Shown: positions 1-9,086, counted from the first letter of the stretch. The stretch is 64,000 nt of DNA from Polyangiales bacterium (GCA_964202905.1 CAXNJO010000004.1:160001-224000); one strand, 5' to 3'. Numbers and translations: made by a program. The notes: generated by a model not told the origin, from the letters alone.

Positions 1-852
1 CGTGAGCAGGCGCCCGTGCGCGGCCGGGAGCGACATCGTCGTGAGATCGCCCGCGATGTCCGAGCGGGTTCCCGACGCCGGGGTCCCCGCGTGCTGGCAG
101 CAGAGGTTGAGTCGGCCCTCGACGTCGACGTGGAGCGTGTCGCTGCGGAACGGGTCGCACACGTGGAAGCGCGCCGCCTTTGGAAAGCCCTCGGGCATCG
201 AGACGGGGACGGTGAGGACCGCGCTCAGCCGCTCGATGCGGTCGACGATGGCTGTCCACTCGTGCGCTGGGATGAAGAGCGCCGCGTCGAGCTTCGTGCC
301 CGTCGCCTGCAACCAGGCGAAGGAGACGCGCGCCGCGCCGAGCTGCGCGGCCTGGAACGCGAAGGCCTCGATCTCATGTCGGTTCTTCGCGTGGACGACC
401 ATCTGCAGCACGAACGGGATGCCGAGGCCCTCGCACGCCGCGATGGCCGACATGACCTCGCGAAAGCTGCCGGCGCCGCGGATCTCGTCGTGCACGCCCT
501 CGGTCGCGCCGTCGAGGGAGAAGTCGAGCATCGTCAACGCGGCACGTCGCGCGGGGGCCGCGGCGAGGCCGGCGATCACGAAGGGCATCTGCGAGCCGTT
601 CGTCACCATGTGCCACGACATGCCGTGTGCCGCGATGGCGTCGAGGACATGGAGGAACTGCGGATGGAGGGTGGGCTCGCCGCCCGTCAGTGCGACGTGC
701 TCGACCGCATACACGGTGCGCGCTTCGCCGAGGACGCGCTCGAGCACGGGCAAGGCCAGATCCCGCGGCTGCAGGCCGGGGTCGCGCAGGCAATGTTGGC
801 AGTTGAGATTGCAGCGATCCGTGAGGTGGAATGCGACCTGTCGCGATGTCAT
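1..852 (-). CDS. Radical SAM protein with start of a SPASM/Twitch-like domain (3' end runs off the window)
   Basis: Not in the ORF track because it has no stop in the window. Manual translation from ATG 852: MTSRQVAFHLTDRCNLNCQHCLRD (CxxxCxxC), then LTGGEPTLHP, VTNG, FSLDGATEGVHDEIRG, and later CDPFRSDTLHVDVEGRLNLCC. Confidence 0.9.
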   Translation of the reverse strand, partial: MTSRQVAFHLTDRCNLNCQHCLRDPGLQPRDLALPVLERVLGEARTVYAVEHVALTGGEPTLHPQFLHVLDAIAAHGMSWHMVTNGSQMPFVIAGLAAAPARRAALTMLDFSLDGATEGVHDEIRGAGSFREVMSAIAACEGLGIPFVLQMVVHAKNRHEIEAFAFQAAQLGAARVSFAWLQATGTKLDAALFIPAHEWTAIVDRIERLSAVLTVPVSMPEGFPKAARFHVCDPFRSDTLHVDVEGRLNLCCQHAGTPASGTRSDIAGDLTTMSLPAAHGRLLT

Positions 853-889
853 GGCCGCTTCTCTCGGACTGCTGCGAGCGCCCCGTGGC

Positions 890-1063
890 TCAGCCGCTCG
901 ACGTCAGGCCGGTCGCCGAGACGCCGCCGCCGCTGAAGAGCGTGGCCCGTTGCACGGAGCGCCGACGAAGGACCTTCGGGGCCTCGTAGGGACGGCGCGT
1001 GTCGGACGACGTCGTGGGCACGGGGGTCTCGCTCGGCGGTAGGGTGCGGTCGTTCGTGGTCAT
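890..1063 (-). CDS. Putative RiPP precursor peptide, 57 aa, with lasso-type leader
   Basis: Manual translation: MTTNDRTLPPSETPVPTTSSDTRRPYEAPKVLRRRSVQRATLFSGGGVSATGLTSSG*. GAGGAG lies just upstream. YxxPxV motif and a Thr at the expected -2 position. Sits among RRE, B2 peptidase and rSAM genes. Confidence 0.8.
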   Translation of the reverse strand: MTTNDRTLPPSETPVPTTSSDTRRPYEAPKVLRRRSVQRATLFSGGGVSATGLTSSG

Positions 1064-1141
1064 ACGCTCCTCGGGCCCGGAGTCCGTTGCGCGCGGACGG
1101 CGGCAGATTCAGCGCGCAGTTACCACGATACCGGGCCGGTG

Positions 1142-2116
1142 TCATCCCCACCCCCCGAGGCGGGTGCGGCGCACGAGCTCGCGCAGGGCGTGGACGCGCC
1201 GGCCGCGGGTGGCCACGCCCGCCGCGACGCGCTCGGCGAGGCGCTCGAGGCGCGTGCGGCCGAGCGCGAGCTGCCAAGCCGGTGACCAAGGCGCGTCGGG
1301 GGTGATCGCGTAGCCGAGAGCGGCGAAGCTCGGATCGCCGACGAAGGCGGCCGTGACACGGTGTCGGGCCTCGGCCGAGAGTTCGCGCCGCCACGCGTCG
1401 GCGCGGCTCGCATCGGGCGCGCGTCCAATCGCCGCCGCGCTGTACCAGGCGCCATCGGCGGCGAGGGCGGCGTCGTGCGCGCGGCGCTCGGGCGCGAGCG
1501 CGGCCTCGTCGAAGGGGACTTCGAGAAACGCGCAGACGCCCTCGGCCACGGTGCGCGGGGTGGTCGCGAGCTCTTCGAAGCGGACGAGCAGGGTGCGCCC
1601 GGGATGTGCGCGCCGCGCGGCGACCACGGCGTCGGTGCACTTCTTCACGGTGAAGATCGCTGACGCGAGGTCATGGGTCATCCACGGTGTGGGGCGTTGG
1701 AGGTGGCGCGCGCGGCGGCCGACCTCGAGCAGCGAGTGCACCGTCGCGCGGGGGTCGCGGACGCAGAGGACCATCCGCGCGTCGGGCAGCATGTCGAGGA
1801 GCGCGGGGGCTTCGAGGACATTCCACGGCGTCTTGTCGAGGAGCAGGCGGGCACTGCGCCGCGCGCCGTAGCCGTCGAGCAGGGCGCGGAGGTACTCGCC
1901 GCTCGCGCGGTCGATCGTGGCGCGGTCGAAATACACCGCGTGTCGTCCGGCTTCGACGCGCGCGAGGAGCGCGCCGCGGAGTCGGACCAGATCCGGGACG
2001 ACGTCGAGTTCGGGCCCGCTCGCGACGCCGGGAAGGCCATCGAGCATCGTCTGCAAGAGCGTCGAGCCGGTTCGAGGGGCGCCGGCAATGAAGGCGAAAC
2101 GGAGCGCGTCGCTCAT
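1142..2116 (-). CDS. PAPS-dependent sulfotransferase
   Basis: FIAGAPRTGSTLL (5'-PSB loop), DKTPWN, VRDPRATVHS (3'-PB), VRFEEL. Confidence 0.9.
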   Translation of the reverse strand: MSDALRFAFIAGAPRTGSTLLQTMLDGLPGVASGPELDVVPDLVRLRGALLARVEAGRHAVYFDRATIDRASGEYLRALLDGYGARRSARLLLDKTPWNVLEAPALLDMLPDARMVLCVRDPRATVHSLLEVGRRARHLQRPTPWMTHDLASAIFTVKKCTDAVVAARRAHPGRTLLVRFEELATTPRTVAEGVCAFLEVPFDEAALAPERRAHDAALAADGAWYSAAAIGRAPDASRADAWRRELSAEARHRVTAAFVGDPSFAALGYAITPDAPWSPAWQLALGRTRLERLAERVAAGVATRGRRVHALRELVRRTRLGGWG

Positions 2117-3087
2117 GGGACGCCTCCCGAGGCTGCGTCGATGCGCCGCCAGACGGCATGCGGATCGTCGAAGAAATCAGGGCCGGGGACGAGCGTGACC
2201 GTGGACGCTTGCGCCGCGAGAACGCCCAAGAGCGCGAAATGCGCCTGCCGCCATGGCAACCCCTCGGCAGCGAGCAGCGCGGACGACTCGAGGAGACCCG
2301 AGAACCCTTCGGCCGGCGCGACGCGCTCGACGTGCGTGCGCGGTGCGCGATCTGCGGAGATCAGGAGGATGCGGTCGACGTGCCGCGGCGACGACGGTGC
2401 AGGGGCGCGGCGGGCCTCGAGCCGTGCGGGCGCGATCTCGTCCCAGCCGAGGGCGCTGAGCCCCGGCAGGCGCGGCAGGGCCTCCGCAGACAGATGGAAA
2501 GGGCGCGGGAGCGGGGCGGCGATCGCGTGCCGATCGCCCTCGGAAAGCAGACAGGCGTCGTCGCTGAGCATGCTCAGCCCCGCCTCACCGAGCAGCGCGG
2601 TCGTGGTGCTCTTGCCCGCGCCGCTCGGTCCGACGAGGAGGAGCGTTTGCCCGTCGCGGGTCGCGCAGAGGCCGGCATGTACGTGGAAGCGCGCGTGCCA
2701 ACGGAGCGCGAGCACGAGCGCGATGTTCAGTGTCGTGCGGGCGAAGATGCCCCGCGGATCGAGCGCGGGCTCGGTGAGTGCGGCGTGGATGGCGCGGCCC
2801 CCGGGGTCGACGCGCACGCACGCCGAACCGTCTTCGACATGCAGTGCGCCGTCGTCGTCGGCGTGGACCTGCACGCGCCCGTGGAAGAACGACGCGACGG
2901 CGCTCGGCGCGCGCGGCGGGAGCGCCTCGACGAGCGCGAGGGATACGTGCGCGTGCGCCGGCTTGGCGCCGGGCATCGCGGGGGCAAGCGGGCCGAGGGG
3001 CGCGAACGCGGACTTCGGGATGCGCGCGTCGCGCGTGATGCGGAAGGTGATGTCCCCGAGGCGGAGGATGGGCAGATCGTGGGTCAT
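2113..3087 (-). CDS. HPr-kinase-related P-loop kinase
   Basis: HAG...LLLVGPSGAGKSTT...LSDD. ATGA overlaps with both neighbours; start taken as MTHDLP at 3087. Confidence 0.8.
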   Translation of the reverse strand: MTHDLPILRLGDITFRITRDARIPKSAFAPLGPLAPAMPGAKPAHAHVSLALVEALPPRAPSAVASFFHGRVQVHADDDGALHVEDGSACVRVDPGGRAIHAALTEPALDPRGIFARTTLNIALVLALRWHARFHVHAGLCATRDGQTLLLVGPSGAGKSTTTALLGEAGLSMLSDDACLLSEGDRHAIAAPLPRPFHLSAEALPRLPGLSALGWDEIAPARLEARRAPAPSSPRHVDRILLISADRAPRTHVERVAPAEGFSGLLESSALLAAEGLPWRQAHFALLGVLAAQASTVTLVPGPDFFDDPHAVWRRIDAASGGVP

Positions 3088-4085
3088 CGCCCGAGGAGCC
3101 GTCGGGCGTACGCGCTCGCCAGCGAGGTGGACGACGTGCCGGGCCGCGATGCACGCACGTAGCGCGGGTGGGGAAAGATCAGCCAGGGGAGTTGGGAGCG
3201 CTCGTGTCGGGCGATCTGCAACGCGCGCCGCAGGGAGCGCTCGGCGTGTCGCCACACCGACCCGCGCCGATCATCGGCGAGCGTTCGGGCGAGCGCGTCG
3301 GCGTCGCCGGCGTGCGCGGCCCGGGTGAGCGCCTCGAGGGTCGCGACGCCGCGTGCGGCGTGGGGATCGCGGACGATCGTGCGCCAGGTCGCGGCCGAGA
3401 CGTGCACGCGGACCGCACGCAGATCGAGCGCGTGGCGGAGCACGCCGCGGCGCGTGTCGTGATGGTGTCGTTCGACGTGTCGGCAGAGACCGACGGCGAT
3501 CGCGACGTTCGAGGGGATGCGGACCTCGCCGTGCGGCGTCGTGCACCGCTGCGTCTCGGCGAGCGGGCGTGCGACCACGTGGAGATCGACCGTCGCGCCG
3601 CCGGGCGCTTGCCAGACGCCGCCCGGCCACTCGTGGCCCGAGCGCACGTGCCCATCGTGTCGCAGCGTAGGGAGCAGGCGATGGCCCGTCGCCGCGAGCG
3701 CGCGCGTCGCGGCGGGGGCGTCTTCCCGCGTGACGAGCACGTCGACGTCCGACGCGTAGCGCGCGCCGGGCGCGAGCACGCCTGCGGCGAGGAGCGCGGC
3801 GCCCTTGACGACGACGGCCTGCGGGCACGCCGCGCAGATGGACGCGGCGCTTCGCAGCGAGAGGGCCGCGTGGACCGCGGCGTCTGCGCGTGCGTCGTCG
3901 AGCGCGTCGCGGACGTCGTCGGGGGCCTCGGGGAGAGCGTCAGCCAGGGAGGCGCGCAGCCCCTCGAGCACCGCGACACGTGCGGCCTCGGCGAGCACGG
4001 TCCGCCATCCCGCGTGCGTCGCCGGCGCAACGCCGAGAAGCAGCGCGCGGACCAGCGCGAGGCGCGCCTCCGGCGTCTCAGCCAT
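3084..4085 (-). CDS. Nucleotidyltransferase (NTP_transf_5-like, the type found in lasso and HPr-rel clusters)
   Basis: VVVKGAAL...RYASDVDVLV...VDLH signature. Confidence 0.8.
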   Translation of the reverse strand: MAETPEARLALVRALLLGVAPATHAGWRTVLAEAARVAVLEGLRASLADALPEAPDDVRDALDDARADAAVHAALSLRSAASICAACPQAVVVKGAALLAAGVLAPGARYASDVDVLVTREDAPAATRALAATGHRLLPTLRHDGHVRSGHEWPGGVWQAPGGATVDLHVVARPLAETQRCTTPHGEVRIPSNVAIAVGLCRHVERHHHDTRRGVLRHALDLRAVRVHVSAATWRTIVRDPHAARGVATLEALTRAAHAGDADALARTLADDRRGSVWRHAERSLRRALQIARHERSQLPWLIFPHPRYVRASRPGTSSTSLASAYARRLLGR

Positions 4086-4362
4086 GCGACACGACGACGA
4101 GCGCGTCCGCGATGAGGTCGTCGAGCAGCGCTGCGACGTCTCGCTCGGCGTCGGCTTCGGTGCACGCGAACTGCGCCACGAGCGTTGCCGTGAGCGTCGC
4201 GCGCGGTGCCTTGCCGGCCTGCAACACGCGAAACACGCGCGCTGCCGTCGTGTTCAGCGTGTAATAGAACTTCGTGTCGAGGTGCAGGAGCACCGCGGTG
4301 CCGTCCGGGAGATCCGTGGCGACGACGCGGTCGCTCGCCTGAAATTGAGGTGTGTCGCTCAT
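4078..4362 (-). CDS. PqqD-family RiPP recognition element (RRE, lasso B1-like), 94 aa
   Basis: AVLLHLDTKFYYTLNTTAARVF...AERDVAALLDDL, a typical stand-alone RRE. ATG overlaps the B2 stop (ATGA). Confidence 0.9.
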   Translation of the reverse strand: MSDTPQFQASDRVVATDLPDGTAVLLHLDTKFYYTLNTTAARVFRVLQAGKAPRATLTATLVAQFACTEADAERDVAALLDDLIADALVVVSHG

Positions 4363-4865
4363 GGTGTCGTTGGGCACGGGGGGACGCGGAGCAGGGGAGA
4401 GTACCCGGTTGTCTCGCGGTCGAGGACCGGGGTGCCATCGACCTCGGCCCATGCGTGGCACGGCCCGTCGAGGTCGTTCAGCGGGGCGCCGAGCACGAGC
4501 GCCGCGTCCCAGCCCAGGCGCCGCAAGAGCACGGTGCGGCCGACGGCCCGATCGAGGCAGTTCGGCGTGTGGCGCCCGGCCGTGAGCCCCGCGAGCGCGT
4601 CGGCGAGCCGCACCGCGGTGACCGCCTCCGGCCAGGGCCAGCGTGCGCTGCGCCGCACCCCGCGTGGATCGAGACGGGCGACGAGCGCATCGACGGGCGT
4701 ACGTGCGAGGAGCGGTCGAATCCGCCGCCGCGCGAGGACGTTGCCGACGACGACGCGCACGCCCGCGACGCCGTGCCGCCCCAGCCAGCCGAGGACCTCG
4801 TGGCGCAGCCGCGTCACGGGGAGAGCGTCGAGCCTGGGTGTGCGCGGGTCAAGGATCGACCGCAC
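4359..4865 (-). CDS. Lasso B2-type transglutaminase-like leader peptidase
   Basis: NCLDRAV...LLRRLG...LVLG...HAWAEVDG carries the catalytic Cys and His. GTG start at 4865, with GGAG 7 nt upstream, is inferred. Confidence 0.85.
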   Translation of the reverse strand: MRSILDPRTPRLDALPVTRLRHEVLGWLGRHGVAGVRVVVGNVLARRRIRPLLARTPVDALVARLDPRGVRRSARWPWPEAVTAVRLADALAGLTAGRHTPNCLDRAVGRTVLLRRLGWDAALVLGAPLNDLDGPCHAWAEVDGTPVLDRETTGYSPLLRVPPCPTTP

Positions 4866-5772
4866 GGAGGCACTCCACTGGATGACGTGGCGTGGTCGCG
4901 AGCGTGAGCCAGAGCGCGCCCTCGCCCGTCTGCACGAGGACGTGCGGCCCGCTTTGCGCGAGGACGCAGCCAGGGGCGGGGGCGTCCGCGGGCGCCGTGT
5001 GGTCGACGATGCGGGCCGCGAGCGCGCGTACGCGCCGCCCACGCGCGTCGCGGAAGTGTCCGCCGTTCGCTGCTTGGATCCGCCGGGCGACGTCCTGCGC
5101 CGCCCGGGTCAGATCAGGCTGGAGTTCGGCGCTGCGGGGCCGGGGCTCGAGCGCTCCGGTCGGCTGCGGGCGGGCTCTCTCGGGTGTGTCGCGGATCGCG
5201 GCGAGGATGCCGGGCAGCGCCGCCGCCGCGAGCCCGAGCAAGCGCTGCGTCAGGAGATCGCACGAGTCGCCCGGCAGGATGGGCGTCTCCTCGGCCCAGA
5301 GGATCGGGCCGGCGTCGAGCTCGGGCGTCATGCGATGCACGCTCACGCCCGTGGAGGCGTCGCCCGCGAGCAATGCGCGCTCGACGGGGCGTGGGCCGCG
5401 GTGGGCCGGGAGCAGCGACGGATGCACGTTCCAGCCGCCAAGTGGCAGACGCGACAGCACGGAGTCGGGGATTCTCACGGGGAAACCGGCGCAAATCAGG
5501 AGATCCGCCTGCGCCCGGAGCACCCGAGCCCAGTCCGCCTCGCCGCGGACGCGCACGACGGGCACCCCGATGCTGCGCGCGAGGCGTACGACGGCGGGGC
5601 GGCGTTGCGGGCGCAGCGCGTCGCGGGCGTCGCGCGCGACCTGACGCCATGGGCTCACCCCCGGCAGCACGCACGCGACCAGATCGTGCCCAGCGAGGCG
5701 CACCGCGTGTGCGACGACCACCGCGTGCCCCACGAACACGGCACGCAGGGCTCGGCGGAGGGGTGGGGTCAC
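4849..5772 (-). CDS. Formyltransferase (Fmt-like / sugar N-formyltransferase family)
   Basis: NVHPSLLPAHRGPRP...TGVSVHRM...LDAGPI. GTG start uncertain. Confidence 0.85.
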   Translation of the reverse strand: MTPPLRRALRAVFVGHAVVVAHAVRLAGHDLVACVLPGVSPWRQVARDARDALRPQRRPAVVRLARSIGVPVVRVRGEADWARVLRAQADLLICAGFPVRIPDSVLSRLPLGGWNVHPSLLPAHRGPRPVERALLAGDASTGVSVHRMTPELDAGPILWAEETPILPGDSCDLLTQRLLGLAAAALPGILAAIRDTPERARPQPTGALEPRPRSAELQPDLTRAAQDVARRIQAANGGHFRDARGRRVRALAARIVDHTAPADAPAPGCVLAQSGPHVLVQTGEGALWLTLATTPRHPVECLRAVDP

Positions 5773-5916
5773 CGTCCGCGAGTTTGACCCATCGGGACGT
5801 GGCGGCCATGCGCCTCCGCGCCGGGGCGGCGACGCCGCGATCGGGACGCGCGCGCCAACCGTCGAACGTGCACAGCTCCGTTGTGCCCGCGCCGAGTCCG
5901 GGATTAGAGTCGCGCC

Positions 5917-8088
5917 ATGGGCTTCCGAAGCTTGTTGCAAACGTCTTGCAGGGCGGGGCTCCTCGCGGCCTGCGTTGGGTCAGCAGGTTGCGCCAGCGAG
6001 CTGGTGCCACGCGTCGAGGCGATCTGCGACGGGGCGAGCGACTGCCTCGACGCCGATGTCGAAGCGCTCCTCGATGCGTCGGTCGACGCGGCGATCGGCG
6101 ACGACGCCGGTGCCTCCCCCGATGGCGGGGAACGCGGCGACGCCGGCAACGAGACCGCCGATGCGGCCGTGGTGGACGCGGAGTTGGGCGATGCGGCGCT
6201 CGCCGACGCCTCCGACGCAGCGGCCCCCGACGGAGGTTCTTCGGACGCGGGGCCCCCAGACGCCGGCCCTCCGGCGTGCACCTGGTCCCCGTACGGGGAG
6301 GGCATCACCGGCGGGCAGGTGAACTGGGCCGCGTTCGACCCTGCCGAGCCGGGACGCATCTGGGCGACGACCCCGACACAAGTCCTTCGCACGACAGCGG
6401 GCGCGACGTGGGCCGAGACCGGGCGTCCCGGGAGCTCGGTCACCAGCCTCGCGCTCCCTCGCGATGGGCTCCCCCTGATCGGCGCTTCGTCGGATGGTCT
6501 GCGTCGCTCCGACGATGACGGCGTCACCTGGCGCGCGGGCGCGCTGGGCGGGCTGTCCATCACGAGCGTCGTGCGCAGCCCCGCGGACCCCCGCGTGCTG
6601 TTCGCGACCACCAGCGGAGGCGGCTTCTTCATCTCGTCGGACGGTGGGACGGGCTGGCGCTCAGCCGGCTTCGGGCTCTCGCCGTCTGCGGTGCTGGCCG
6701 TGGCGCCCGACCCCCGGGGCGGGCGCGACGTGGTCGCCGGCGGCCCCTACCTCAACGCGACCGGGGGCTGGTCAGACACGGGCTTCCTCGCGCGCTCGTC
6801 GGACGGCGGTGTCACATACGCTGTCGTCTTCACCGAGACTGGACGCACCCAGGCGCTCGCACGCTGCCCCGGCGATCCGGACGTGCTCGTCTCCGCGCAC
6901 GTCTACGGCATGGCGCGCAGCCGCGACGGCGGTCGCACGTTCACGCGCATCGCGCCGACGGTCTTCGGCAACACGGGAGCTGTCGCGCTTGCGGGCGCTG
7001 CGTGCGAGACCGTCTACGCGACGCGCATCGGACAGGGCGTGATGCGCTCGCGCGATGGCGGGGACACGTGGGAGGGGCCGTTGCGAGAGGGCATGACGCT
7101 CGTCCCGGGTCAGACTCCCCGGGGCCTCAGCGTCGACCCCGCGGATCCGCGGCACGTCGTCGCGTCGTCGAGCGGCGGTCTGTTCGAGACCTTCGACGGC
7201 GGCGATCGTTGGACCCCTGTGCCCGGCATCGGCATCCCGGTGCTCCGTGCGGTGCGCGCGAGCGAAGCGGAGCCCGCGACGCTGTGGCTCGCGACTTGGG
7301 GGCTCGGCGTGTGGATGCGACCGCCGGGCGATGTCTGGCGCTTCGTCTCCGGCGTCCCGCGCGATCTCGTGAACTCCGTGCGCGAGGACGCCGAAGGCCG
7401 CGTCTTTTCCATGGGATATCGGTCGCCCGACCGCGTGGCGTTCACGAACCCCGGGCCGATGGGCAACGTGTTCGACGTCGCCACCGATCCGGGTGCGCCG
7501 GACGTCGTGTGGGCGGTCACGCAGACACTCGGCATCTGGCGCTCCTCGAACGGCGGCGTGACCTTCACGCAGGCGAACGGCGGCCTCGCGCCGTGGGTGA
7601 CGCCCGTGGGCACGTTCGTCGACGCGCGGTCCGTCCTGGTGACCGCGGGCGCCGTGCTCGTCGGCACGCAGGGGCGTGGTGTGGCGAGAAGCACCGACGA
7701 CGGCGCGTCGTTCGCCCTCGACCCGTCCGGGGACGGGCGACGGATCAGCTGCCTCGAGTCGCTCGGCGACGCGGGCGTCGTCGCCTGTGTGAGCGCGGCC
7801 GACCCCGGCTTCCTGCTCTCGCGCGACGCAGGGCTCACGTGGAGCCCATGGAACGATGGGCTCGCGTCGCTCGACGTCGCAGGCATCGTGCGTGACCCCC
7901 GGACGGGGTCGGTCTACGCGACGACCTCGGAAGGCGTCTACGTGCGGGGCGTGGACCGATGGGAGCCCGTCGAGCCGGGCTGTCTCCAGCCCGGTCTTGG
8001 CGCACCGACGGTCCAGCGCGACGGCGACGGACGCTCGTACCTCGTCGTCCCGGCGCCGGAAGCCCTGCTCGTGCGCCGCCCGATCTGA
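5917..8088 (+). CDS. Lipoprotein with BNR/Asp-box beta-propeller repeats
   Basis: Lipobox-like VGSAGC, Asp/Ala/Gly linker, and many SxDGGxTW repeats. Confidence 0.8.
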   Translation: MGFRSLLQTSCRAGLLAACVGSAGCASELVPRVEAICDGASDCLDADVEALLDASVDAAIGDDAGASPDGGERGDAGNETADAAVVDAELGDAALADASDAAAPDGGSSDAGPPDAGPPACTWSPYGEGITGGQVNWAAFDPAEPGRIWATTPTQVLRTTAGATWAETGRPGSSVTSLALPRDGLPLIGASSDGLRRSDDDGVTWRAGALGGLSITSVVRSPADPRVLFATTSGGGFFISSDGGTGWRSAGFGLSPSAVLAVAPDPRGGRDVVAGGPYLNATGGWSDTGFLARSSDGGVTYAVVFTETGRTQALARCPGDPDVLVSAHVYGMARSRDGGRTFTRIAPTVFGNTGAVALAGAACETVYATRIGQGVMRSRDGGDTWEGPLREGMTLVPGQTPRGLSVDPADPRHVVASSSGGLFETFDGGDRWTPVPGIGIPVLRAVRASEAEPATLWLATWGLGVWMRPPGDVWRFVSGVPRDLVNSVREDAEGRVFSMGYRSPDRVAFTNPGPMGNVFDVATDPGAPDVVWAVTQTLGIWRSSNGGVTFTQANGGLAPWVTPVGTFVDARSVLVTAGAVLVGTQGRGVARSTDDGASFALDPSGDGRRISCLESLGDAGVVACVSAADPGFLLSRDAGLTWSPWNDGLASLDVAGIVRDPRTGSVYATTSEGVYVRGVDRWEPVEPGCLQPGLGAPTVQRDGDGRSYLVVPAPEALLVRRPI

Positions 8089-8117
8089 CGTGACAGGGTC
8101 GGCCCTCCGGAGGGCAG

Positions 8118-9086
8118 ATGGCGGACTTCGCACTCGTCGGCGCGGCAGGATTCGTGGCGTCGCGGCACATGCGCGCGATCGCGGAGACGGGTCACCAGCT
8201 CGTGGCCGCGCTCGATCCCAAGGACAGCGTCGGCATCCTCGATTCCTACTTCCCGGATGCCCACTTCTTCGTGGAGTTCGAGCGCTTCGATCGGCACATC
8301 GACAAACTCCGACGCCGTGGGACGCCCGTGTCCTACGTGAGCATTTGCTCACCCAACTACTTGCACGATTCGCACATCCGCTTCGGTCTCCGCAGCGACG
8401 CGCACGTCATCTGCGAGAAGCCGCTCGTCCTCAATCCGTGGAACGTCGACGGCCTCGAGGAGCTCGAGCGCGAGAGCGGGCGCCACGTCTACAACGTGCT
8501 GCAGCTTCGGCTCCATCCGGCCATCCGCGCGCTTCGCGACGCCTACGCCGCGCGCATCGCGGCGGATCCTTCCACGTGCGCCGACATCGAACTGACCTAC
8601 GTCACGAGCCGCGGTCGCTGGTACCATGCGTCCTGGAAGGGCGACGAGGAGAAGTCGGGCGGCATCGCCACCAACATCGGCGTGCATTTCTTCGACATGC
8701 TCCAGTGGATCTTCGGGCCCGTGAAAGAGAGCGCCCTGCACCTCGCGACGGGCGAGACGGCGGCCGGGCATCTCGAACTCGCGCACGCCCGCGTCCGCTG
8801 GCTGCTCAGCATCGACGCCCGTGTCCTGCCTGAGACGGCGCGCGCGGGCGGCAAGCGTACCCACCGTTCGGTCCGCGTCGACGGCGACGAGTTCGAGTTC
8901 AGCGACGGCTTCACCGATCTCCACACGGCGACCTACCGGGACATCCTCGCGGGCGGCGGCTTTCGCGTGGGCGAGGCCCGTCAGGCCATCCAGATGGTCC
9001 ACGACATCCGCCACGCGCGCGTAGATCGCGATCGCGGCGCGCTCCATTCCCTGCTGGCTCACCGCGATGCCATCCGCACCGCGTGA
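8118..9086 (+). CDS. wbpB: Gfo/Idh/MocA oxidoreductase, WbpB-like UDP-GlcNAcA 3-dehydrogenase
   Basis: FALVGAAGFVASRHMRAI, ICSPNYLHDSHIRFGL, ICEKPLVLNPWN, SGGIATNIGVHFFD, EFSDGFTDLH. Confidence 0.85.
   Translation: MADFALVGAAGFVASRHMRAIAETGHQLVAALDPKDSVGILDSYFPDAHFFVEFERFDRHIDKLRRRGTPVSYVSICSPNYLHDSHIRFGLRSDAHVICEKPLVLNPWNVDGLEELERESGRHVYNVLQLRLHPAIRALRDAYAARIAADPSTCADIELTYVTSRGRWYHASWKGDEEKSGGIATNIGVHFFDMLQWIFGPVKESALHLATGETAAGHLELAHARVRWLLSIDARVLPETARAGGKRTHRSVRVDGDEFEFSDGFTDLHTATYRDILAGGGFRVGEARQAIQMVHDIRHARVDRDRGALHSLLAHRDAIRTA

Noticed and set aside
2..1042. Long plus-strand ORFs 2-1042 and 16-936
   Set aside because: Antisense shadows of the rSAM and precursor genes; Arg/Ala-rich with no motifs. 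The same applies to most overlapping ORFs in this high-GC track.
849..1640. Minus-strand 263-aa ORF spanning the precursor
   Set aside because: Arg-rich off-frame read of the sulfotransferase. The 57-aa ORF in another frame has an RBS and a leader motif.
1..5772. Calling this a standard lasso peptide cluster
   Set aside because: No cyclase in the window and no Asp/Glu in the predicted core. It cannot be fully excluded because the operon is truncated.
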